Origin: Vermamoeba vermiformis | Lineage: Eukaryota | Length of the DNA stretch: 64,000 nt | Direction: 5' to 3' | Assembly: GCA_045837725.1 (NCBI GenBank) | Contig: JBEWZL010000043.1 | Coordinates: 1-64,000 of the forward strand | Part shown: piece after piece, positions 11,356 through 23,993 of the stretch | How the letters are laid out: each line of letters opens with the position of its first letter | How positions within the stretch are numbered: position 1 is the stretch's first letter | Notes under the pieces: model-generated | What the model saw: the letters and a program-made list of their open reading frames with translations, nothing else | Databases searched by the model: none | What the model was told of the DNA's origin: nothing | Made by a program: the position numbers and the translations under genes

Positions 11356-14280
11356 ATGAAGCAATTATTAGCCTTCATTGCCGTACTACTGTTAAGCTTC
11401 ATTGGGTCGGTCATCACGCAGGCGCCCGCTTCAAGTGAGTCCAAATCCGCATCCATAGTTTTGTTATTACCGTTAAAATGCGTATTAATTCGATTATACA
11501 GATTCTCAACGACTATTTATTCATACACTAAGCGGACAAAGAATGACAGATGCTGCAGGGACACCGTTGAAATCGTATTCAAGCTGTCTGAACGGTAAAG
11601 TTGAAAATTTAATCATTAAAATTATTAATTAATTCCAGTGACTGGAAGTATATCGCATATAATAGGAAACAGCGTTGGCTGCAAAATAACTAAAAATTCT
11701 GCGCAGCGAAATAATAATTTATTTATTTTATTTATTTTTTTCTAGAATACGATGAAAGCGTGCTTGGCCCAGACGATTATGTATATGGATATCAATTTGC
11801 TAGTAAGCAAGTGTACCGTCAGGATATTGTGACCGGTGAGTACCAACGACAAACCCGAAAAAACATCAGACTAACGTTATCTGCAGGTTATTGCGAGCCG
11901 ATAGGTCCACCAGCAGGAGATAATTATAATCCAGTCAAAGGACTAAGATTTTCTCCGAGCGGGCGATATCTCTATGCACTTGTCGGTACGTCCAAACTCG
12001 ATCGCGGATTTCATTTTTAGGTTTTGTAACGTCTTTTGATCTTATTAGGGTCTTCTTCTATTAATAAGCTTGATATGGAGACTTTACAGTGGCTTCCTTG
12101 TCTGGATCCAATGTCCGGAGTCACTTATGCAGGGATCGACTTTCAAAACGAAAATTATCTTGTCGTAACCTACTCCGATCAAAACGACAATACTTTTGGT
12201 CATATGGTCTTTGTTTGTACGTGGTAATTACCTTAGCTACGCGTAGAATAGCAAAATGTTAACGTTCACTGAAAAATTACTATATTTAGCATTTATATAG
12301 TGAAATTTCAAAACGTTAGCAAAGTTTTGCTTGAAATAGCGCGGTTCTTTCATGTATAGCCTAATCAATAACAACTAATATTTTTGGCTGTTTAGTCGAT
12401 CCGCTGACGGATTCGTTCAACAACTCCGATTATTATCGTCAGCCATGGTACGTGGACTATGGTGCACCAGTCAAATGCACGCCTTGCCCACCCGGTTACA
12501 GCGGTCACATCTGCTGCACATCACTCAATTCAGGCAGATACGTGCAAGCTCACGCGATCAACAACGATGTGTGGACGATTCTGATGGACGCTACTGCTCC
12601 CGCGACTACTAATGGTTACGTAAGTATATATCGTTCGGGAGATACGCAAAAAAATCTCCCCTTACAGCCGGCACCAAGATTGGTATAACAATTTCCAAAA
12701 AAGGAAATTATCGGATAATGAGAAATCTAATGCAAGGTGTTGGATGTGCTATGGTTCTAATTGAATTTTATACCATAGTTCCTGTACTACAATGCACTAC
12801 CATGGCCCCAAGTCTACGCGTCAGGAAGCGATGCAAATTTGTACGCGTACACTGTCTCGTCAATCACGCCGTACAGCAGCAGAGTAACTCTGAGAGGGTC
12901 CGCTGATGTGTTTCACTTTCACACCTTGTTAGGTACGTTCCATAAAAACTTGACCAGATCCACCTCAACCCCGGTGGTTCTACTTTCATTTTAAGTTAAA
13001 TGTTGTGATCATTTTGCGCCGTACATTCGTGACTAACATGGTGGCATTATAGCTGCTCCTACGGTAGACACACAATGGATTGGCCGATCAACCTCGTCAG
13101 ATCAATGGTGCAAACGACAAGTGAGTTTCCCAGTGTACGATTGGACCGTTTCAACTGCCATTGAAGTGACGCTGTCACGTGGTTATCCATACCGAACTGT
13201 GTTTATGACTCAAGCGCCGTACCTCGACTCCAATGGTCTATGCTCCTGCTGAAATTGATTGCTCGAACCAAACCAACGTTGCACGGTAAGTTTTGAGGTC
13301 ATAATAATAGCTCCTTATTAACGGTTTGAGTAGTGTTCGTGTGCAATACTTCGGAGCCAACAATACGGTCATTCGGACTATGCCTGTTGATGTTGAATGT
13401 ATCGCTGCTCCTCCCGAGTGTCTCATCAAAGGAACGATCTCGGAGATAACTCCGGCGAGTCAATCCATTCCCAACATTATTCCGATTCTCGAGTGCATTA
13501 GCCCGATGACCGAACAATTTCTTCTTGGGATACTTTGGCTTCAACAATTTGGAGTCATCGTTCTTAAGTGTGCCTGTTGGACCGTTGAATTATTTCGCTG
13601 GTGAATTGGATCGAGGCCAGACGACCAACTTTTTGACAGGAAGAAGTGAATTCTTCCCTCGTGGTGCATTTACATCGGTTTTAGCGCCTGGAACTTACAC
13701 GTGGATTTTGACGAATTACAACTTGACATTTGACACTTCAGATACAGCGAGATATTGTCCAAAGAATTTCACGATTGGCGTGCAATTAACGAACTCCACT
13801 GTGATTGGCCAATCAGAACTTAACACTATTGAAGCCAATATTGCGGAACAACTCAACTTGGATCTGGGTCAAGTCAACATTCAAAGTGTCAAAATCGTTC
13901 AATCGAAAAAACGAGCTGGTGACACTTTATCCGAACTCGAAGTTGAAATTTCAACGCAACCACCTGGATCCAACACTCCAGCAAGTGATCCGCAACAAAT
14001 TGTGCAAGATTTCATTTCGACAGCTGCAAATGCCACAGCGGCACAAGAGGTGTTTAATCCTTTGAATGACACTTCGCGTGAGATTATTGGTGTCAAAACG
14101 AGACCGACAGGCGTCGAAACTGAAGGCAAAGAAATTCCGCCGGCCACAACTACCTGTCTCAATTAGCACTGCCAGCAAGTCTTATTCTATTCGACAGCAC
14201 TGTCATTTTATTCTTGGTGGTCATAATGTCAGCTATTGTCGTGCCTAACTTCAGCAGTGGATGCTGTCGTAAATGTTGAT
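11356..14280 (+). CDS. Secreted/cell-surface protein with apparent frameshifts; 3' end approximate
   Basis: Signal peptide MKQLLAFIAVLLLSFIGSVITQA; beta-rich Cys-containing exons; module PILECI...GYFGFNN...VPVGPLNYF...GQTTNFLTGR; hydrophobic C-terminal segment near 14195-14245 lies in a shifted frame. Confidence 0.6.
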
Positions 14281-14831
14281 GTAAAATAAAGGCAATTCCT
14301 AGCTGATCAAAATAGCACATAGATATTATATGCGTGTTATCAATATATTTTCTGTACCGTTGCATCAAATGTTAGTTGGGTCGTAAAGCTGAAAAAATTG
14401 AATCGCAGCTAAAAGATCCGTAAAGCTACGTGATTGTAAATCAGATACACTGTTAAATAAAAGTCTTAGTATGGACTTAATACGATAGGACAATTGATTG
14501 CTTGGTAATTATCCGGCAATGCTTTGTGTACAACGCTTGTAAGCTGAAAAATGCCAACTCCGACTGTAACTGTTTAGTTTCGATATAAACAACACAATGA
14601 ACGTTATATTTATACGGTATAGTTGATCATGTTATGCTTGGAGGAGAATTGAGTATAGGTACGTACGACAAATCTTCCGCGGCACCTCATCAGATCAGGA
14701 GCGCCACGGCGAATTTTAAAAATTAAATGAAACTTCTACAAATAAAATCTGGTACCTGGTTGAGATAAATTTATTAATTTCATATTTTTAGACCAACGTT
14801 GGGAATAATCAAGATCCCATCCAAGACAACT

Positions 14832-14874
14832 CCGTTACGGTTTACGGTTCCGCTCCGTTCGGAACAGTATATAA
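14832..14874 (+). promoter_or_regulatory. CGG/CCG-triplet cluster and TATA box upstream of the P450
   Basis: CCGTTACGGTTTACGGTTCCGCTCCGTTCGG followed by TATATAA (14868-14874), about 50 nt before the ATG at 14927. Confidence 0.45.
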
Positions 14875-14926
14875 GCTGATATAAATAACGTTCTATTTTT
14901 GTATCATTTATTAGCAACAACACAAC

Positions 14927-16811
14927 ATGATTGGCGTACTCGGACTTCTAGTTCTATCAGCGTCCCTGTGGATGGTGCTCAAATACGCTCAATACAAGAA
15001 GCATCGTAAAATCGGTATCCCCTCTGCCGATCCTATATTTCCCTTCGGAAACAACCTTCAGATTATCCCAAAGATTAGGTACAAACGGAACGTTGAAATT
15101 TTTCTAACCCAGATCTAACTCCAATTTTCAACAGAGACAGAACACTTTTTACTTGGCGCTCTGGTTTGCATAAGCAATATGGTCCTTTGATTCAAGAGTA
15201 CACCTGGTTTGGTAGACCTTCGTTCCTTCACGTGGACGATCCGGATCTGATCGACTTTGTGACCACGAAAAACAATTATGTCAAGAATCCCTGAGTTCGT
15301 AAGTATATGATATCATAATAACCTACCTAGGGCATAGTTTATCGGAATATTATGATGATTTGATGGTTGTGAACAAATTAATTAACAGTTTGCTACATCC
15401 AGTACTCGGCCCTGCAAAAATTGACTGGTCACGGACTGTTCAGTGAACTTGATCCAGTACTATGGAAGCAACAACGCCGCACGATTAGCCACGCTTTTTC
15501 TAACCTCAACATCCGCGCTCAAATCCCAATTTTGCAACAGAAACTGCGTGTCATGATTGACAAGTTTGAGCAAAAAGCCGCGGCGAAGCAGGCTGTAAGT
15601 CTTATATTGCATCGTCATATGTTTTTCTAATGCTTTTAATGTCAGATTGATATAGACAACTGGTTTATTATGCTCACCTTGGACTTCATTGGCGAATCCG
15701 CGTTCGGAGTTACTTTCGACACCATGTCCAAAGAGAAGCCGAACGAAATTGTCGATATTATTAACAACAGCCTTGTGTAAGTATAATTAATACTATATTA
15801 CTTATCAAACCTGCAGACTTTAATACTTTGTACGGACAGAACAATTCTCACTTCGTTCAGAAAACCATGGGTGGGCTTGCCGTTCCACCCTCAGACTATC
15901 AAGACTAACGCTGAGCTTAAGAAACTTCGCTCTATTGTTAGAAACATTATGACCGAGCACCGAGCCAAACCAAAGGTAAAAAAAGCTTTGCATTAAAAAT
16001 GTTTACCTGGATGTGGTCTGATCTGGCGTGACATTTTTAGGACGAAGAAAACTCCGCTAAAGAACAATCCTTATTTGAGTTACTATTGTCATTGAAAGAC
16101 CCTGAGACTGGTGTCGGCCTCTCCGACGAGACTATCATCGACAACATTATCACGTTTTTGTTCGCGGGTCATGATACGACTGCTCATTCCATGGCGTTCA
16201 CCATTTATGAATTATGCAAGAACCCCGATATTTTGCAAAAAGTTCGCGAAGAAATTGACAGCGTGTTGGGCACCGATAAGATTGGTGATTGGAGCCATAT
16301 GGGTCGATTAGAGTACTTGGATATGGTCGTCAAAGAGTCACTCAGAAAACATCCTTCGGCTGGTGGCACTGGCCGGCTGTTAGAAGAAGATTACGACTTC
16401 AACGGAACAATATTACCGAAGGGCTCAAAGATATTTTGTTCCGCAATGTCAATGCATCACAACGAAAAGTACTATCCTGAGCCGGAAAAATTCATCCCTG
16501 AAAGGCACGTGATTTAAACCGTTCGTTCATGAACGAAAAAAAAAATCGTATTTTGCTTACCTGATTCGTTTGACAGGTTCACCAAAGAAGCGATTAAACA
16601 ACGACCAGCCGGATCGTATTTACCGTTCAGTCGTGGACCACGTGACTGCATCGGCAAGAACTTGGCCATGGCTGAAGAATTAATTGTATTGTCGACGTTG
16701 TTGAAGCAATTCGAGTTCAAGTTGGTCGACGGATTCCAACTCGAAAAACGCGTCTCAATTACTATCGGTCCTACTGACGGTATAATGGTCTATGTATCTC
16801 CGCGACAATAA
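14927..16811 (+). CDS. Cytochrome P450 (ER-anchored)
   Basis: N-terminal TM; WKQQRR; I-helix FAGHDTTA; ESLR; PERF across an intron; heme motif FSRGPRDCIG. Confidence 0.95.
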
Positions 16812-16938
16812 TTCACTGCATTTAAAGCAAAAAAATAACATTGCCATGTAAATAAAAAAATTAATAATTTTTAAAAAGTAAGGCAGAACGCAGAAAACAG
16901 TAATTGGTTTCAATATTAATACACATTATTTATTCTTA

Positions 16939-19900
16939 TTACGAACTAGTACTTGGCAGTCCATTTGCAGGTTCTAATTGCATCGGATCTGTTTGAAGGC
17001 CAGCAACAGGCGGATGTGGATCTGCCAAAAAATCATTGACGTTCATCATCGGCGCGTTCATATTGTTATTGTTCACTATATTATTCGCATGATCAGCTGC
17101 CAATGATAATTCTTGTTGTTTTCTTTCTTCTTCTAATCGCTGTTGTTCCGCTAGTTCTTGATCTTCGAGTTCTTGCAGCCGATCTCGGATCATTTGCAGT
17201 TGATGCTTATTGATCTCAAATATCAAACTGACATCACCAACCTAATAAATAATATTATTATCAGCTGTACTATGAGTTTCAGCGCACAAAATTTCCGTGA
17301 AGTAGATTTGATTTTTGGATGTCGCGATCGGATCTAAATCTCGGTCCGTTGCGTGACTTATTATACGTTTATATACACTTACCTCTATTAAACAATTATG
17401 TGACAGTTTCTTTCTACTGCCTGTCCTGACTAATTCACCGTTGACGTACAGATCTCGCGATCCCAAATTTTTAATGTAAAACTCTCCGTCATACTTCAGT
17501 TTGATCAATGCCTGATTAGGAAATAATTAGCACATAGTTATTAATATATATATAATGTATACCTGTCGCCTTGAAATTTTGTTTCCATCTTCACTATTTT
17601 CCTCGAGCAAATTGACGTCAACTGCGTTATTTGCAGTGGGTCGACCGAGAATGATCTAAATAAAGAAATACTTAATATAATATACTATCATACCATAAAT
17701 TATAATACAGCATTTGCAAATTCAAAAGGTAAATATGGTGTGAAGATCCGGATCAGATCTAGATCTTAGATCACATCCAGCTTTTTTTCGAAATATCTCT
17801 TTACCTTTTGAGTCTTCATAGTATATCTTAAATGAAACCCTCTTAACAAAGCTAAGGACGAGTCTCTAATGCCGTGCATATCAAGTGCCCGTTCAATTTC
17901 TCGTTCAAGTTTTTGAATGTTTTGCAGTGTTTGAATCTCTTTGATTGAATAATCAATTTTAGCGAGTGTCGCGTCCACTGTATCAATAGAGGTACTATAT
18001 TATACACAAATATTAGTCACACGGATCTTCGAAGAATTAACCTTGATCCATCCGTTGGGATCAAAAATTCATCGGATCCAGCTTTTTAGACCAATTTGCG
18101 TATTTAATGTATCGATATAGTATATTATAATAGTATTAAAATATCGTGTAATTAGATCCAATAAAAAAATACTAAATCCGGATGTGGATCAATTTGTACT
18201 TACATGAAGTGCTCAAATTGCGCTTGATTTCTAATAGCCTCTTCAAGACACGCAGTTTCGAATTCGAAGAATTTGTCAGATGCGCCAGCAGATCTGCTCT
18301 TCTTCAACGGAGTCGGTTGTTGCGTCGATCCGACCTGGTCAATTTCCATAGCGGAATTATTGATAGCGGAATTACTCGTGTCGTCTTCGGGCAAAGGGAA
18401 TTGTCTCGGGTGCCGAGGGCGGGGTACTGATCAACGAACTGTCGATAAAATCAGCGTGCCTGAAAGAATTCGATTCGCTCGTTCCCTCCTTCAGCTGCCG
18501 TTCGCGCCGTTCAGAAATTCTTTTGCTGCGAACTTGAGGTTGCATTGGCGACAGCACCGGCGATGATTCTTCCGTTGATTTATCTTTTCTGGCACGTGAC
18601 GAAGGTGTTCGAGTTGTTGGTGGCGAAGAGACTTTGGTCACGGTGTTTTCTTCGGTCGCGCTGATGGGTCCTGAAGTCGATTTTTCTTCGGGTTTTTTAA
18701 CGCGATTGGCTTTGCTGCTGTAAAATTACAACAAAAATGTTAATATCACAAAAATTAAATCAACTACCGTGAAAATTCTCTCACGTAAAACAAACCATAA
18801 TTTTACGTATAATGAAAAAATGACAGAATATTAGAAAATAATCAGACTACACTAGAAAAATAAGCAAAAAAATTATTACGTTGGGCGGTTCAATAAATGA
18901 AAATTATGATAAATTAGGAAATTTTTTAGGGTCACTTACTAATCCTTAGTGATCTTTTTGAACGGTGTAGTGCTCGGAGATGAAATATTATCCGACAATT
19001 TTTGCGCGCTACTTTCATCTTTTTGATTGTCTTCAACGGACTGTCTGCTCACATTGGAATTACTTCGCGATGAAGCTTTTTTAGCCGCGTCAGTTATTTT
19101 TGACGTTGCCGTTGATTTTTTAGTACTCGAATCTGTTGATTTTTTTGGTGCCTCGCCTTGATCTTTTTTCTGCGGAGTTTTGTCGGAATCTTTTTTCTGT
19201 TGTTGTGAAGATTTGTTATCTTTCTTTGCAGGCGTTGATTTTTTATCGCTAGAAGTCGTAGTGGATTTTTTCTCGGTACTTTTGCTGGTCTGTTCAGTTT
19301 TCTTCTGTTTATTCTCGCCATCGCCATTTTTCTTCGGAGTTTTATCTTTTGTGGCCGTAGATGATTTCTCCGATTTGCTCTTCGATTTATTTTCTTCTTC
19401 CTTTGCACTTTTTTCTTCGCCACTTGCACTGCTCTCCTCTTCACTGCTCTTTTTCTCTTCATTTTCAACATTTTTAGCCTTTTTTGGTCTCGGCTTTCGT
19501 TTTCTCGGCTCGGACTTTCGTCGTGCTTTTTTGAAACTAAATGACTGTCGCTTGACTTTGCTCGGCTTGGGCAAATTCTCTTGCGGAATATCTCTGTCGA
19601 CAATACCCTTCCTCTTCATGCGATAAAAATGTGCTTCGAGACTCTTCGCTGTTCGTGAAGGATGGAACGCGTCTTTAATCTCGTCCAAAATCTTTTGAAA
19701 TGACACGAACGGACCTTTCCGCAGCTGAAAAATAACGTCAATTTCGAGTCACAAAAGAAAATTTGCCAATCAAAATGTACATATTTGTACACCAAAAATT
19801 TCAGCAAAGTTACGAATAATAAATCCAATTTTACGTAAAATTCATGAATTATAAACTCAGCCAAGAGACTTTGATAAAATCATAATAAACAATGTAATGC

Positions 19901-21247
19901 AATGCTTACGGCGTCAACCAAGGCCCGCTCCTCGTCTTCAGTCCAAAACATTCGAATCAACGGCTGTTTGGCCTGTTCTTCGTCTCCGCTCTCTTCCGAA
20001 GACTCGTTTTTGCTCTTGCTGTTCTTGCTGCTCTTGCTACTTTTACTGCTGTTGCTGCTTTTGCTGCTTCTACTGCTGTCGCTCGATCTAACGAAAAAAA
20101 AAGTCTTATCAATCACCGTCAACAGAAATAAGATGTTATTCCACGAGCAATACTAATATTTGCAATATTATCCGCAGTGCAGAATCGAATTTAATTAACT
20201 CTCTAATAGTATAGACCGTAGTATAAACCATAAATAATATTTTCATATTACTCATGCAAGCTTGGTAGCTCCAAAATAATACTTAGATTAGAAGAAAAAA
20301 AATGAACGAAAATAAATTTGTGTGCGAACTGATGTAGACTTATATTGATTGTATCATATGAATCGTCATTATTGAGTCTTATACTAATATTATTAATTAC
20401 CTTGAACTCGAACTCTTGCTACTTCTGCTGCTACTGCTGCTCTTAGAACTGTTGCTGGACGAAGAACTCTTCTCGTCATCGCTGTCACTGTCCGAAGATG
20501 AACTCGATGCAGACTTTGAACTCTTTTTGTCGTCGTCATCGCTGCTAGACGAAGACTCGTCTGACGAGGAGTCCGATGACTTTGATGATTTTGAATTGGA
20601 CGAAGAGCTTGAGGAGGACTCGTCTTTTGATTTGTTTTTGGACGAGGATTTTTGGCTCTTTTTTGAATTATTGCTTTTTTTATGGCTCTTGCTCGATTTT
20701 GAGGATTTTTTGGACGGAGTTGTAGGCGATGAAGGATGATTTAGTTTCGGCTAAGATCAAAAAATAAAATTAATAAATTATTAGTATTAGGGCTTTTTTT
20801 GGTTGATAAATTGCAAAAGGATTTTGTACGGATAATTTGAAATTATTCAAGAATTATAAACGCTAAAACTAATAGCAAATGAATGATTTGGTAGGTTATA
20901 TTAAGAAATATCGAAAATTATCGAATTTTACCTTCTTAGCGGCCAAATCTGACTCAAAAAAGTCCTGATCGAGTAATTTTCGCTTTGGAGCACGAGAAGA
21001 CCTTCTGATATCGCCAGAATTTTTATCTGTAATTTAGAAAAATTAGAAAATTGGTTTTACGTGGTTTCGTTTTCATGAAGCGAAGTTCACGTTGGATGGA
21101 GAAAAACATTTTTTCGGCGGATGTACCTTTATCTTCCTCTGAATCATCTAATGACTTTTTAGGTGTATTATCCTTATTATTTGACTTCCTTTCGGGCGAA
21201 CTTTCTCTTTTTCGTTGCTCGCCGCCTTTGGATTTCGATGAGCTCAT
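16939..21247 (-). CDS. MCRS1: Microspherule protein 1-like (MCRS1-like segment plus C-terminal FHA) with long Ser/Lys/Glu low-complexity regions
   Basis: WTEDEERAL...FQKILDEIKDAFHPSRTAKSLEAHF, and FHA LALLRG...IILGR...VDVNL...KISRRQALIKL...FYIKNLG...VNG...LIEV...IFEIN. Confidence 0.75.
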
Positions 21248-21396
21248 TTTGATTTGGCTCTATCAAAGGCTAATATAGCAGCCTCTATTTAACAAAAATA
21301 TTATAATATACAAAAATAATGCAATGCGGTCTGTTGCTCTCCGCAATAAAAATAGAACAAAAATAAATCCGCAACTTTCCGAAATATTTATTCAAA

Positions 21397-21699
21397 TCAT
21401 TCATTTACTTTTTCTGCATAATACAACTGCTTATGTCCGTCATTTTTTTCGTCATATTCTCGTATTTTACGTTCAGCAATCTTCTCTGAAGCGGTAAACT
21501 TCTCGATCTCGTATGTATTTCCGTTGTCATCAATTCTCTTAATTATCCATTTGTATTCTGGCGCTTGCATAGTTTTGTCTTGCTTTTTTTTGCCTAAATT
21601 TGATTTGGTCGCGAAGGCTCGGACCGGCGTTCGAGATAATTCTCCAATCCACGACAGATCTCGCGTAGTATGCCTCAATAAATTCGTCAATGCTTGCAT
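21397..21699 (-). CDS. Small intronless protein: mitochondrial-like presequence plus bacterial-type DDNGN...GHKQ domain
   Basis: MQALTNLLRHTTR...PVRAFATK followed by WIIKRIDDNGNTYEI...A...GHKQLYY. Confidence 0.65.
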   Translation of the reverse strand: MQALTNLLRHTTRDLSWIGELSRTPVRAFATKSNLGKKKQDKTMQAPEYKWIIKRIDDNGNTYEIEKFTASEKIAERKIREYDEKNDGHKQLYYAEKVNE

Positions 21700-21879
21700 T
21701 ATGGATATATACACTATGTACAACTATTTAATGAATATTTGAACGAAAATAATGGCGGTGTTGGATATTTATATTTTCGCGGGCACGTGCGCTGAGTTAA
21801 CTTGTGAACGACATCGTAATGCAGTGAAATAACTTTAAGGTGTAATTATATGAGCTCAGAATGCTGAATAAAGCGTAGT

Positions 21880-23639
21880 TTATTCGCACTGTACAGGAAA
21901 AATACTAGTATTAACATAATTCAACAGCTTTTCTTTTCGAACAGCGACTGATTCGCTTTCAGTTGCATCTTTCGAGATACTTCGCCAAGAAGTCTCTATT
22001 AATTGCACTAACTGCTTAGCATTCTTTCTTATTTTCTTTAAAACTACATCCGAATCCGTTCCATGAGAGCTATCTCTAGCTAAGGCGTAATCAACCACCA
22101 GCTTCTCTCCGTCTCGCTCAAATTGTTCAATATCAAATGGAATAATGCCGCTGAACTTTGTTATAACTGAATAACTCCATTCCAAAGCTCGTTTTGAATG
22201 TTCTAAAACGCGTTCCAAATACGAAGCCAAATTGCTGTATGAAGAGTCTTTTATCCTACGCACCAAGTCCTAAAATAATATTAATAAAAAGCTTGGACAC
22301 CATAAACAATTTTCTTTAATTTAATTCGGATGCGCACCAAAAAAGGATCTTTTAAACATTCAGTAGTGATGGATTATTAAAATATATTAAGACTTACTTG
22401 TAATATGCCTCGTTCGCGTTCCAAATCTTCAATTAATTTCATCAGCTGCTCTTTGTTATGTACATACTGGTCGTCAACATGTTCCTTCATTTTCTCTTTG
22501 CTAATCAGCTCCAGCTTTTCTTTAATACTGTCCACTAATACTGCTACGTAGAACACTTCGCGAGATTTATCGAGATTTCTCGGCGAAACCTGTTCCATCT
22601 TATTTGAAGCCGGATCTTCTTCTTTGATTATCGTAAAATCGATTAAAATGTCCGGCTCGACGTTATTTACATTTGTAGATTTGTTCAGTGAAAAGAGCGA
22701 TTGGATTAACTTGGGTATTTCCGGTTTTGAGCCCGGCTCTTGAGTAATTTCTTGACTTTTGCTTAGCGGTCGAGGTGAATTCTGATCTGGTTCTGTTGAG
22801 GCTGTTTTGAATTTTATAACTACTGGCATATTGAATCCAGCTGGTAGTGTGGGCAAGATAAATAGGTCTTGACAAACCGGCTTCGGCTAAATAACAAAAT
22901 AATTATCAGATAAATTCAAAATCGAAACGAATCCATTCTGTAAAGCAAATTTAAATTGAATTATATATAAGACCTATTCATAATTGTTTTTTTACGATAA
23001 CAAAAGGAAATTTGGCTCAAAGAAGACTTACCAATCGAAAAGAAGGCTCGAGAAATCTTCTAACCGCAGACGAATGTAATGAAGCTGCTTGCCGCAATAA
23101 CGCATTTAAATAGCTTTGTAAATTGATTTGTCGCCTTTAAATGATCGAATTAGAATGGGCCGCGATTGTGGATCAGATCCATTCAAATTTTCCAATTTTA
23201 CGAAAATGTTAGTAACTAGCCTTTACGCTTACCTTGATAGAAAAGCATCATAACTCTCTCGATCGAAAATATTTCGCTTCTCAGGAAATTCAGGGATTGG
23301 AATTGTATTCGTATAATTCGCTTTGATCTTGAAGATCAGTCAGTAAAATAGTTAAAAATGCAGACATCACGGATTAATTTGTAATATATTAGTACCTCTT
23401 TGTGAAGCTCTTCAAACTCCGAATATCTTTTCGTGACTTCCCAAAGGTTGACTCCATCTCGAACTTCTAGCGTGAACCGCTATTAAAACAATTAATCACT
23501 GGCCTAAATATAATAATATTATCTGTTTAATACGTACCACGACGCTTTCTACGAAGATATTTCCCTCTGATTCTTTGGTGAAGCTTTTGATAATTACGCG
23601 CGGGAAAGAGAACCATTTGAATTTCGATAAATCGCCCAT
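21880..23639 (-). CDS. PX-domain protein with helical C-terminus
   Basis: Exons FTLEVRDGVNLWEVTKRYSEFEELHKE / PIPEFPEK / RQINLQSYLNALL...VRRFL form a PX domain; continues into ORFs 22377-22856 and 21880-22266. Confidence 0.75.
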
Positions 23640-23993
23640 CTTACATTTAATATGTCTGTCTAACCCTTTTGATGCAATTTGATCGTTTGTGTTGTTAACG
23701 CGCAGGTTTGTGGCCGATTTTGTGTTTTCGATTTCCCAATCTTTCAATAAGCACGAAAGTCGTCCTGAAACTTCAAATTTATTAAGAACATTATCCTAAA
23801 CACAAAAAATCTTAAATGCAATTATATCGACCGATCCTGCAAAGTTCTTTCGTACTCGAGATACGGAGTTACTGATCAGGCATAAATGGATCTTGGCAGC
23901 AAAGCGAACGAGACATATTCCAATGGTGGTTAATATTTTAATATGTTTAATTGGTTATTTACAGAACTTTTGGCGATTAAAAGCTTAAAAGCT

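Noticed and set aside
19094-20739. Leu/Phe-rich + strand ORFs and alternative-frame ORFs
   Set aside because: Antisense or off-frame shadows of the Ser/Lys/Glu low-complexity exons of the MCRS1-like gene.
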